DNA of 64,000 nt from Escherichia coli (GTDB lineage: Bacteria; Pseudomonadota; Gammaproteobacteria; Enterobacterales; Enterobacteriaceae), in the NCBI RefSeq assembly GCF_048403405.1, contig NZ_CP183129.1. One strand, given 5' to 3'. The position numbers were made by a program, and so were the translations under genes. Each line of letters opens with the position of its first letter. Position 1 is the first letter of the stretch. The notes under the pieces were generated by a model. It was not told the DNA's origin. It worked only from the letters and a program-made list of their open reading frames with translations, and did no database searches. Positions 18,687-27,416 of this stretch are shown one piece after another.

Positions 18687-19183
18687 AGCTCCGCAAAAAT
18701 TCGCGGGCGGCGCAGAATGTCAGAGATGGCCCAGCTCACATCGCGCCACAAATCCGATGTCTGTATATCCAGTGCGTCCGCCCGGCGGTCGCCCTTATCC
18801 GTTGTGTCCGCATCGCGGTAACGCTCCAGAATCAGGGCGCGCGTGGCGGTATAAACCGCATTGCGCCAGTGCCAGAGATTGACGCTTTCTCCGTTAATTA
18901 CGGGTGCCGGAACATCGGCCAGCGTCTGATGGCCAGCCGCCTGCTGTTCCTGCTGCCATGCTTCCAGCTCGCGGGTAACGTGAGCCACCGCCCCGGTGGC
19001 GGTATGCAGCAGGCGGGAGGTGGTCACGCGCCCCGGCAGTCGTACCGCCAGACGCAGCTCACGCAGCACAATATCCGGCCAGAATGCACCCGCTGAAATA
19101 CGGGTATCACCATCATCGGTATCGGTGATGTCGTCCTCTGCGGGGCCGGGGTTGGTTCTGGCAACCATACTCATGGGGTTCAC
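18680..19183 (-). CDS. L: Head completion/stabilization protein L
   Basis: 167 aa, position between M and X. Confidence 0.8.
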   Translation of the reverse strand: MNPMSMVARTNPGPAEDDITDTDDGDTRISAGAFWPDIVLRELRLAVRLPGRVTTSRLLHTATGAVAHVTRELEAWQQEQQAAGHQTLADVPAPVINGESVNLWHWRNAVYTATRALILERYRDADTTDKGDRRADALDIQTSDLWRDVSWAISDILRRPRIFAELC

Positions 19184-19275
19184 TCCTGAAAAAATCGGGC
19201 GGTGGGTGCGCGGTGTAAACGGTCACGGAGTCAAACCGGAACACCGCGCACGCCGCCCGCTGACGGGGTCAGTCG

Positions 19276-20076
19276 TTAACCGCGCTTCGCCTTCTGCGTC
19301 GCGGTGGTTTTTCGTGTTGCAGGCTTCCGCGTTGTCTTTTTACTTTTGCTGCTTTCGTCCTGCGCCTGCGGTGCGCTGGCGTCTTCTGGTTCGGCTGCGG
19401 AATCGGCTTTTTTCAGGGCGCGGGAAAGGGTTGCAATCTCGCGTTTCACACCTGCGTTCGGGTTCAGGTGCATCGCTTCGCGCAGCAGCTTCAGTGATAA
19501 GGCCATGTTGTCTGCATCGGTCAGACCACGACGGGCAAAGGCGCACGCCTTGCATAATTTGGCGCGCACTTCGTCCGGCATATCCTGGTTGGCGACAATT
19601 TCCCAAAGTGTGTCCAGTGGTTCGATAAAGGCGGACAAATCCGCGTCGGCATCCGTCCCGGCCTGCGTCAGTACCGGGTTGCAGATTTCTTCGGTCAGTA
19701 CCGTGGCAGCAGTACGGCCAAAGTTATCCGGCATGATGAGGTTGTGACGGACCACATACGCACCAATACGCAGCGCAAGCGGAAGATCGCCGCAGTCAAT
19801 TGCCCACACCATCAGCGTGGCAATCACTTCATCCTGCTGCCCGCCGTCAGCCTCCAGCGTTCCCTCAATCCAGCCGGAAAAATCCGGCAACAACTCTTTT
19901 TTGATGGCGGCTTTCGCGCTTCTGGCCTGTACGCCCTTAAGCCGGGCCTGTGCCAGACGCAGACGATACAGCACCTCTTCATGCGCGGTACGCGCGGCGT
20001 GGTCCACGCCTTCATTCGCCCGGCCTGCGCGCTGTGCCATCACGTTCTGCCAGTGTTGCTGTGCAGGAGTAATCAT
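19276..20076 (-). CDS. M: Terminase small (endonuclease) subunit M
   Basis: 266 aa, position after the major capsid gene; basic C-terminal tail. Confidence 0.8.
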   Translation of the reverse strand: MITPAQQHWQNVMAQRAGRANEGVDHAARTAHEEVLYRLRLAQARLKGVQARSAKAAIKKELLPDFSGWIEGTLEADGGQQDEVIATLMVWAIDCGDLPLALRIGAYVVRHNLIMPDNFGRTAATVLTEEICNPVLTQAGTDADADLSAFIEPLDTLWEIVANQDMPDEVRAKLCKACAFARRGLTDADNMALSLKLLREAMHLNPNAGVKREIATLSRALKKADSAAEPEDASAPQAQDESSKSKKTTRKPATRKTTATQKAKRG

Positions 20077-20121
20077 TTGTTCTCTCCGTTACTGGCGGGC
20101 ATGATGCCCGCCGTGAGTTGA

Positions 20122-21174
20122 TTAGCTGTCGGCGAACTTCAGGCCAGTGACCATCGCGCACTTGCCATAGTCTTCAACGACATAAGCGTCATTGATGGAC
20201 TGGTAGGTGGCGATGCGGTTGTATTCCGGCTCGTCTTTCATCAGACGACGCATTGAACCTTTCTGCCAGTAAATCGACAGGTTGTTGAACGAGGTGATCA
20301 GCATCGTTGCATCCGGGAAGAACGGCGCAAGGAACACACCCAGCCCGCCAATGGTGCGCGATGACAGGATGAGCTGCCCGGCGAGTAATTCCGCATTGGG
20401 ATTCTGGCCGCTGATGCTGTTCAGCACGGGCAGACGCAGCGAGTTAAACAGGTTGCGCCCCATAATCACCACGAGGTCGTCAGCTTCCTTGTGCCATTCA
20501 TCCAGCAGGGATGAGCGTGCGTCCTGAACCAGTGCATCAGCATTCGCATACTTACCCGCGTGCGCCACGGTGTTGTCCATGTTGCGGGAGGTCAGCGTCA
20601 CGTCATTCATTACGCGCGCGCTGGCATTGGTTCTGATGTGCTTCAGCCACCCCACGTTAACGTCCTGAAGCAGCTTGTTGGTGCTGAAGTTGGACTCATC
20701 CGCGTGAGACGTGCCGTTGAAACCGATCATGATGCGGTCAAGCGCCACCTGCCGGGCAATCTGTGTGCTGACGCGTGACTGAAAATCAGGGTGTGCCGCC
20801 CAGGCATCAAGCTGCGGATACGAAATAAACGTGTCGTAGTTCACCTGTTCGCACTGATATTTGCGGTTTTTCAGATCAACCACGTTATTCGGGTTACGGC
20901 GTTTTGTGCCGTCATAACTGGTATTCGTGCGCGCAATCGGCCCGGTGGTGTCCAGGAGGATTTTTTCGCCTTTCTGGTCGGTCACACCGAACACGTTAAT
21001 TTTTTTTGTAAATTCAGTGCTCTCCTTTACTGCGTTTTCAAAACGCTGCTGCACCGAGGGTTCCACGGTAAATCGCGATACCAGTGCAGATACCGGGATG
21101 TTGTTAAGCGACGCCTGCTGCGCCATATAGCAACCCAGCTTGTTGCGGGTAATATCTGACATCACCAGATTCAT
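20122..21174 (-). CDS. N: Major capsid protein N
   Basis: 350 aa; KFTVEPSV...NKYECEQVN...IDYVVEDY motifs as in P2 gpN. Confidence 0.9.
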   Translation of the reverse strand: MNLVMSDITRNKLGCYMAQQASLNNIPVSALVSRFTVEPSVQQRFENAVKESTEFTKKINVFGVTDQKGEKILLDTTGPIARTNTSYDGTKRRNPNNVVDLKNRKYQCEQVNYDTFISYPQLDAWAAHPDFQSRVSTQIARQVALDRIMIGFNGTSHADESNFSTNKLLQDVNVGWLKHIRTNASARVMNDVTLTSRNMDNTVAHAGKYANADALVQDARSSLLDEWHKEADDLVVIMGRNLFNSLRLPVLNSISGQNPNAELLAGQLILSSRTIGGLGVFLAPFFPDATMLITSFNNLSIYWQKGSMRRLMKDEPEYNRIATYQSINDAYVVEDYGKCAMVTGLKFADS

Positions 21175-21197
21175 AAAAAATTTGCTCCTTTGTCTTA

Positions 21198-22067
21198 TCA
21201 GAAGTCAGCCAGTTGATCGGAGGCTGCGCCTGTTGCGGTGAACCGGTTCTGCGGATCGCCGTCCTGCGTGCGCAGTTTTTCCTTCAGTGCTGTCAGCTCT
21301 GTGGTCAGTAAAGTGATTTTCTGGCTGTCCTGCTGATGGCGGGTTTCCAGCGCATTAAAACGGTCGATAATGTCGGCCTGTGACGTTGCGACACCTTCCA
21401 CCGCTTCCTGAATACGGGAGAAACTGGCGTCATCCGCTTTGCGGCCACGGCCAATAATCCCCATAACGCGGTTAAACCACTGGGTGCCTTCTTCCTGACG
21501 TTGTTCGGTGAGTTCGATAAGTTCTGACTCCATAGCGGCGGTAAACATCGCCACGTCTCCCTGCTGACAGTTGAATGTCATCAGTTGCATACGTTGTTGT
21601 GCCGCAAAGGCCAGACGTTCCGTGCCCAGGCTGGCGGGGGTGTCGGTCATTGCCAGCCCGCGCAGGTAAGGGCCTCCCGTGATGGTTGACTGTGGTTCCA
21701 GCTCAATACTGGAGTAAATTTTTTTACCATCGTTAAGCAGGGACATCATGCGAGCGGTCGGCTCAATTTCGGCATACAGTGCCGTGCGACCTGCCAGCGG
21801 GCCATCGGTTATGTCTTCGGTGCTCAACCCCACAACATCGCCCATAGCGGAAAACTCGCTACCGGGGAGTGGTGACAGGATGTGCTCAATATTCACACGT
21901 GCACCATAAACGGACGGGTTATAACTGGTGGCGGCAGCTTTCAGCATGTCGCCGTTGATTTCGCGCCCGTCTGCCGTTACACCGGAGACAGCCACGCGAA
22001 ACTTTTTGCGGGATGTCTTTTTTTCATTAGCCATAGTTTTTGCCCCTCTGACTGGTTCTTCAGTCAT
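21198..22067 (-). CDS. O: Capsid scaffolding protein O
   Basis: 289 aa, first gene of the O operon, divergent from P. Confidence 0.85.
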   Translation of the reverse strand: MTEEPVRGAKTMANEKKTSRKKFRVAVSGVTADGREINGDMLKAAATSYNPSVYGARVNIEHILSPLPGSEFSAMGDVVGLSTEDITDGPLAGRTALYAEIEPTARMMSLLNDGKKIYSSIELEPQSTITGGPYLRGLAMTDTPASLGTERLAFAAQQRMQLMTFNCQQGDVAMFTAAMESELIELTEQRQEEGTQWFNRVMGIIGRGRKADDASFSRIQEAVEGVATSQADIIDRFNALETRHQQDSQKITLLTTELTALKEKLRTQDGDPQNRFTATGAASDQLADF

Positions 22068-22188
22068 GATGGCAAAGCGTAACAGGCTGATACAAAGGGC
22101 TTTTGTTGTAAGAAAACAGTCAGAACAGGGGGTTAAGGAGAACGGTTTCGCGCGCGGGTAATCTTCCTGTAATTACTCAGGGGGAGCA

Positions 22189-23940
22189 ATGATTCAGGAC
22201 GCTTTTGTGCGCCAGCGTGCGCGACAACTTTACTGGCAGGGTTATCCGCCCGCAGAAATATCACGTCTGATGGGAATAAACCCGAACACGATTTATGCGT
22301 GGAAAAAACGCGACCAGTGGGATGAAACGCCACCCGTGCAGCGTGTCACGCAGTCCATCGATGCGCGCCTCATCCAGCTTACTGAAAAACAGAATAAAAC
22401 AGGCGGTGACTTTAAGGAAATAGACCTGCTGACCCGGCAACTTAAAAAGCTGCATGATGGCCAGCCGGATGTGATGGCCGCAGGAAAGAAAGGCCGGGCG
22501 AAAAAACTCAAAAATCATTTCACGCCGGAACAGATTGCCGCACTGCGGGAAAAAATCATCAGCAGGCTGGAGTGGCATCAGCGGGGCTGGTTTGACTCCC
22601 TGACCCTTTGCAGGGAAGCCGGGATACGTAACAGGATGATCCTGAAATCCCGACAGATTGGGGCGACCTGGTATTTTGCACAGGAAGCACTGCTGATGGC
22701 GCTGCGTGACGATGTGGTGCAACCTTATCAGCGTAACCAGATTTTTTTGTCTGCGTCGCGTCGTCAGGCGTTCCAGTTTAAAAGCATTATTCAGAAGGCC
22801 GCGGCTGAAGTTGATGTGGAGCTGAAAGGGGGCGATAAAATCATCCTCTCCAACGGCGCAGAGCTGCATTTTCTCGGCACTTCTGCTGCGTCGGCACAGT
22901 CCTATACGGGCAATTTTTATTTTGATGAATTCTTCTGGGTCAGTCGCTTTGCTGAACTGCGCAAGGTGGCTGGCGCTATGGCAACCCTCAGCGGACTGCG
23001 GCGCACCTACTTCTCCACGCCATCCACCGAAACGCACGAGGCATACGCCTACTGGAACGGCGACCGCTGGAACGAGAAAAAGGCCACGCATAAACGCCAG
23101 CGTTTTTCTGTGGACTGGAAAACGCTGCATAACGGGCTTATCTGCCCTGACCGGACGTGGCGGCAAATTGTCACGCTGGAAGATGTGGTTAATCACGGCT
23201 GGAAACACACCGATATTGATGAAATTCGTGATGAAAACACCGAAGACGAGTTCCTCAATCTCTATATGTGTGAGTTTGTCCGCGAAGGGGAATCGGCATT
23301 TAACCTGAATATCCTGATTGGCTGCGGTGTTGACGGATACGACGACTGGAAAGACTGGAAACCTTTTGCTCCCCGCCCGATGGGGAATCGCCCGGTATGG
23401 ATTGGGTATGACGCAAACGGCAGCAGTGGCAACGGCGACAGCGGCGCTGTGTCCGTGGTGGTTCCTCCGGCTGTTCCTGGTGGCCGTTTTCGAACGGTGG
23501 AGACGCGACGCGTTCAGGGGCTGGAGTTTGAAGAACAGGCCAGAGTCATTGAAGAGTTCACGTGTCGCTACAACGTGGAACACATCGGCATTGATGTGAC
23601 GGGCGGGAACGGGGAGGCTGTTTATCAGATAGTGAAACGGTTTTTCCCTGCCGCTATTCCGTACACCTTCACGCTGTCATCAAAACGGTCGCTGGTACTG
23701 AAAATGCTGCAAATAATGCGTGCCGGGCGGTGGGAATACGATCGCGCCGAACGCGAGCTGGTCGCGGCCTTTAACGCCGTGCGTAAGGTGAAAACACCGG
23801 GCGGCTTTATCACTTACGAAACGGACCGCGCGAGGGGGATCAGCCACGGCGACCTTGCGTGGGCAACCATGCTTGCTGTCATTAACGAACCAATTGGCGG
23901 CGAAGGAGAAAACGAGCGTTTCACGGTTATGGAGTTCTGA
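22189..23940 (+). CDS. P: Terminase large (ATPase) subunit P
   Basis: 583 aa; N-terminus ...RARQLYWQGYPPAEISRLMGINPNTIYAWKKRDQWD as in P2 gpP. Confidence 0.9.
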   Translation: MIQDAFVRQRARQLYWQGYPPAEISRLMGINPNTIYAWKKRDQWDETPPVQRVTQSIDARLIQLTEKQNKTGGDFKEIDLLTRQLKKLHDGQPDVMAAGKKGRAKKLKNHFTPEQIAALREKIISRLEWHQRGWFDSLTLCREAGIRNRMILKSRQIGATWYFAQEALLMALRDDVVQPYQRNQIFLSASRRQAFQFKSIIQKAAAEVDVELKGGDKIILSNGAELHFLGTSAASAQSYTGNFYFDEFFWVSRFAELRKVAGAMATLSGLRRTYFSTPSTETHEAYAYWNGDRWNEKKATHKRQRFSVDWKTLHNGLICPDRTWRQIVTLEDVVNHGWKHTDIDEIRDENTEDEFLNLYMCEFVREGESAFNLNILIGCGVDGYDDWKDWKPFAPRPMGNRPVWIGYDANGSSGNGDSGAVSVVVPPAVPGGRFRTVETRRVQGLEFEEQARVIEEFTCRYNVEHIGIDVTGGNGEAVYQIVKRFFPAAIPYTFTLSSKRSLVLKMLQIMRAGRWEYDRAERELVAAFNAVRKVKTPGGFITYETDRARGISHGDLAWATMLAVINEPIGGEGENERFTVMEF

Positions 23941-24986
23941 TGAGCAGAAAAAATAAAAAAGTGCGCATGAGTTCACGCATTGATCTCGCTGATGCGCTCA
24001 GGAAAGAATCATCGCTCAGTGCATTCACATTTGATGGTCCTTATCGCCTGACCGGGCATGACCTGCTGGACAATATGTACTGTGCTGATAACGGGCGGTG
24101 GTATGAAACCCCGGTGGACTGGTACGGTCTGGCAAGAGCCGCCCGGCAAACGTCCTGGCATCAGTCTGCGCTTTACTTTAAGCGCAATGTATTACTCGGT
24201 TGCTACATCCCGCACCCGCTGCTTTCCCGGCAGGATTTCTCGGCGCTGGCGCTGGACTGGTTTGTGTTCGGTAACGCATTCCTTGAGCTTCGGAGCAATA
24301 TGCTCGGCGAACCGCTTAAATTACGGCACGCCCTGGCGAAATACATGCGACGCGGAAGCGATCTTGAATCATGGTGGTATGTGCAGGATGGCAAGGACGC
24401 GTTCCAGTTTCGCCCTGGCAAAGTGTGCCACCTGATGAATCCGGATATTAACCAGGAAATCTACGGCATGCCGGAATATCTTGGCGCATTACTCTCGGCC
24501 AGCCTTTCTCATTCGGCGGACATGTTCAGAAAACTGTACTACGACAACGGATCCCACGCCGGGTGCATCATCTACATCGGTGCAGCGCAGGTAAACCGCG
24601 AAAGCATGGACTCCCTGAAAGAAACGTTACAGGGTGCGCGTGGTGGTGGTGCATTTAAAAACGTGCTCATTCATGCGCCCAACGGGGGCAAAGAAGGGGT
24701 GCAAATTTTGCCGTTCCAGCAGATCACCGCAAAAGATGAGTTCATGAATGTTAAGGCGGCATCCCGTGATGATGTGCTGGCTGCGCACCGCGTTCCGCCG
24801 CAACTGATGGGGGCGATGCCGGGCGAAAAAAGTGCGTTTGGTGATGTGGAGAAGGCCGCGCGGGTTTACGCAATTAACGAGCTGATGCCCGTCATGGAGG
24901 CCATGAAGCACATCAATGACTGGCTTGGCGAAGAGGTGATCCGCTTTAACCCTTACGCACTGTTAGACACCCAGCCCACATCCTGA
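23940..24986 (+). CDS. Q: Portal protein Q
   Basis: 348 aa; ...NGRWYETPVDWYGLA...RVPPQLMG...GDVEKAARV...EEVIRFNPYALL as in P2 gpQ. Confidence 0.9.
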   Translation: MSRKNKKVRMSSRIDLADALRKESSLSAFTFDGPYRLTGHDLLDNMYCADNGRWYETPVDWYGLARAARQTSWHQSALYFKRNVLLGCYIPHPLLSRQDFSALALDWFVFGNAFLELRSNMLGEPLKLRHALAKYMRRGSDLESWWYVQDGKDAFQFRPGKVCHLMNPDINQEIYGMPEYLGALLSASLSHSADMFRKLYYDNGSHAGCIIYIGAAQVNRESMDSLKETLQGARGGGAFKNVLIHAPNGGKEGVQILPFQQITAKDEFMNVKAASRDDVLAAHRVPPQLMGAMPGEKSAFGDVEKAARVYAINELMPVMEAMKHINDWLGEEVIRFNPYALLDTQPTS

Positions 24987-25013
24987 CGCGCTTCGCTTGT
25001 CTGCTGCTTCGCC

Positions 25014-25036
25014 GGGGCATAAAAAATTTATGCCCC
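25014..25036 (+). terminator. Hairpin downstream of Q
   Basis: GGGGCATAAA-aaa-TTTATGCCCC inverted repeat just after the Q stop. Confidence 0.4.
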
Positions 25037-25289
25037 GACTCTCCAGCTCCTGTATCAGTCAGATAATTTCACGACGCTTTCCTGCTGATTGCCATCATCG
25101 ACAGTCAGACTCTTACGCAATCCCACCGCGTTGACTGCATGTTCTCGCCGTCTCAGTGCGATTTTGACGGCCTTACCTTTCACCCCATCAAATCAAAAGC
25201 CCTCACGTCTTTTTCACGCTCAGCGTGAGAAATACAGCCATTCTGTTGTGTCTCTGCGACATCGTTCAGGGGATGCTATTTACCCCCTG

Positions 25290-25325
25290 AAACGCGGGCT
25301 GTTCCCCCGTCACCTGCGCGCAGAA
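25290..25325. other. Candidate cos (cohesive-end) region
   Basis: Lies between portal Q and the accessory region, where P2-family cos sits; GC-rich 19-mer ending CAC followed by TGCGCGC resembles the remembered P2 cos end. Low confidence. Confidence 0.3.
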
Positions 25326-25537
25326 AAAGCGCGTTTTTTTGTGCACGCACGGATCCTTGACGGATCCAGCCGCCATGCGGGCCGGAAGGGTAAAAAGTCG
25401 TTCAAAAAAATTGTGCAAATTTGTGCACTTTTGTGCAGGTAAGCATGCCTATATATTTGACCGTGGCTTGCCTTTGATGTAGTTTATACGTCACAAAAAC
25501 CACAAAACGTGGTTATGATTTCTATGAGGGGGTTGAT

Positions 25538-25573
25538 ATGAAAAAAATGTATGATGAATTTGATGGTTTCTAA
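25538..25573 (+). CDS. Candidate 11-codon mini-ORF (MKKMYDEFDGF) upstream of the AT-rich cassette
   Basis: GAGGGGG ribosome-binding site 6 nt upstream of ATG; followed within 20 nt by a strong intrinsic terminator; TATGAT -10-like hexamer at 25513-25518. Confidence 0.35.
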   Translation: MKKMYDEFDGF

Positions 25574-25593
25574 GCTACGTTGACCTCTAATGA

Positions 25594-25620
25594 GGCGGGG
25601 ATTTGCTCCCCGCCTTTTTT
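25594..25620 (+). terminator. Intrinsic terminator / candidate attenuator hairpin
   Basis: GGCGGGGA-tttgc-TCCCCGCC stem followed by T6, 15 nt upstream of the next gene start. Confidence 0.6.
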
Positions 25621-25634
25621 ATGGATGAAATAGG

Positions 25635-26132
25635 ATGAACCCAATAACACTACAAATCATCAGCAATGCTATTGTTCTGCTTGGCGTTTTGGTTGCCATT
25701 GGAACCATTATCTACAATGTGCGTACCGCAAAAAAAACTCAAACGGCCAACTTTCTTTTTGAGAGTCGGCAAGATATGCAATATATAGAGTCATTGCATA
25801 CCCTGAAACAAGTGCATCGTTCAGGCAAATCATTTCGTTCTTATGTTTTTCCTTGTGATGGTTGCATAATAACAGATGAAGAAATGGCCGAGCGTCGAAA
25901 ATTTCAATATATTTTAAATTTTTACGAGCGAGTTGCTGTAAGTATTCGTGAAGGTATTTATGATGAAAAAATGATAAAAAGAACATCTTACACAACAGTT
26001 GTAGAGACATATGATATTGCCGAGCCATTAATTAAAGCAATCAGAGAAAGCATTAATTCGGATACTACATATCAAGAATTCGAATGGTTAGTAAGAAGAT
26101 GGAAAGCTAATCCTTTACGGAAAAACAAATAA
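25635..26132 (+). CDS. Hypothetical protein, single N-terminal transmembrane helix plus ~130-aa soluble domain (unassigned family)
   Basis: 165-aa ORF in strongly AT-rich DNA, where long open frames are unlikely by chance; N-terminal hydrophobic helix ITLQIISNAIVLLGVLVAIGTIIY. Confidence 0.75.
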   Translation: MNPITLQIISNAIVLLGVLVAIGTIIYNVRTAKKTQTANFLFESRQDMQYIESLHTLKQVHRSGKSFRSYVFPCDGCIITDEEMAERRKFQYILNFYERVAVSIREGIYDEKMIKRTSYTTVVETYDIAEPLIKAIRESINSDTTYQEFEWLVRRWKANPLRKNK

Positions 26133-26171
26133 TGTTTTACCCTTTAATTTACAAGTAACACAGGGGGAAGT

Positions 26172-27014
26172 GTGACACAGAATCCGTTTTCATTTTATGA
26201 CTTTTTGGGCTATCTAATTCCAGGTGGGTTATTCCTGTTTATCCTTTTTTTGTTTTCTATTGAAATTAACCCTGTTTATATAGAAGGTATTCTTAACCAT
26301 ATCCTGAAATATAAAGAAATAATAAGTGTATTTATATATGTGGCATTAATCGTTCTATCATATATTTCAGGTCACTTCATATCTATTCTATCATCCTGTT
26401 TAATTGAAAAATACATGAACAGTAAACTTGGGTATCCTTCAATTTATCTGTTTTCTAAAAGAAGCTCCCTGAAAATAAAACGACATAATACTAAGTTCAG
26501 TATAGTTAATTTTATTCGTGGAGTTTTTTTATTTCCTGTATCAGCTTTTGATAAAGCAGAACATCATAAAACCACACTGCATTCTATACTTATTAAAGTC
26601 TTTTGGCCGCAAATACGAGATGGTTATATAAATGTTTTTTCTGTATCTACGCTATATCGACGTAAGGGCTTGAGGGGCAATCTTTTTCGCCTTGCTTATC
26701 ATTATGTGTATGAACATTCTAAAAATCATCAGGTGAAAATGCAAAACTATGTTGCTTTGTATGGTTTTTGTAGAAACATTACATTTGTTTTTCTCGCTTC
26801 AGTCTGGTTGCTTATGTTCCTGCTCCTTCTATCCTTTTTAATAGATATAAATATCAGACTGTTACCTTTTTGTTTTCTTCTCTTGTTTTGTATTGCTGTA
26901 TCCCGAGTATTTTATTATGGTTTTGTTAAGTATTATCGCCGCTATTCTCTTGAGGTTTTAATGGCATTTGCGGTACTTCAGCACGATAAAAAAACTTCGG
27001 CAATTTCATCATGA
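26172..27014 (+). CDS. Hypothetical polytopic inner-membrane protein (unassigned family)
   Basis: 280-aa ORF, GTG start after CAGGGGGAAG ribosome-binding site; several long hydrophobic segments at the N- and C-termini; AT-rich; 39 nt downstream of the preceding gene. Confidence 0.75.
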   Translation: MTQNPFSFYDFLGYLIPGGLFLFILFLFSIEINPVYIEGILNHILKYKEIISVFIYVALIVLSYISGHFISILSSCLIEKYMNSKLGYPSIYLFSKRSSLKIKRHNTKFSIVNFIRGVFLFPVSAFDKAEHHKTTLHSILIKVFWPQIRDGYINVFSVSTLYRRKGLRGNLFRLAYHYVYEHSKNHQVKMQNYVALYGFCRNITFVFLASVWLLMFLLLLSFLIDINIRLLPFCFLLLFCIAVSRVFYYGFVKYYRRYSLEVLMAFAVLQHDKKTSAISS

Positions 27015-27023
27015 TTTGAAACA

Positions 27024-27046
27024 TTGGCACCCTGTTAGCAAGGGTG
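27024..27046. terminator. Hairpin between the convergent cassette and parR-like gene
   Basis: GGCACCCT-gttagca-AGGGTGCC perfect stem. Confidence 0.4.
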
Positions 27047-27097
27047 CCAGAATGATGTGTTGGTCTGTATTTTATTAGTTCACATACAATTATCAGA

Positions 27098-27412
27098 TTA
27101 TTCTGGGAATAAGGTCTGAATATTCTTTTTTATTCTATAAAAATTGCATTCAACTCCGCTAGGCTGATTATCCTGGTATGTTTCCTTGATGCTAACGGTA
27201 TTGAAGGGGAGGTTGTCCTCTGGCCATTCGGCCATCCAGTAGGCAAATGCTGGGTTGCGCTTTATGAGCGCTAGCCCAGCCAGAAAGGCCGCGCGTTGCG
27301 CGCGGCTGCGTTCGGAGGCTGGTAGGCTATCGAGGTAATTGCACGCCTCCTGTTCACTCTTGACGGCGGCGGGCTTCAGATAGAAACTTATCCGTCTGGT
27401 TGGTGTCGTCAT
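27098..27412 (-). CDS. ParR/StbB-like partition adaptor
   Basis: Start trimmed to MTTPTRRISFYLKP...; YLDSLPASERSRAQRAAFLAGLAL resembles the R1 ParR motif as remembered; lies directly downstream of the ParM-like gene. Confidence 0.65.
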   Translation of the reverse strand: MTTPTRRISFYLKPAAVKSEQEACNYLDSLPASERSRAQRAAFLAGLALIKRNPAFAYWMAEWPEDNLPFNTVSIKETYQDNQPSGVECNFYRIKKNIQTLFPE

Positions 27413-27416
27413 TGGT

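Noticed and set aside
18154-18696. Single 180-aa ORF spanning holin and X
   Set aside because: N-terminal part overlaps gene X in another frame and reads as Arg/Gly-rich junk; the real gene is the holin starting at GTG 18477 with a strong ribosome-binding site.
22261-23583. 440-aa minus-strand ORF
   Set aside because: Antisense to terminase large subunit P (plus strand); no recognisable protein features.
25409-25436. Possible CRISPR array
   Set aside because: Only three 7-bp repeats with 3-bp spacers; no CRISPR-like repeat-spacer architecture anywhere in the window.
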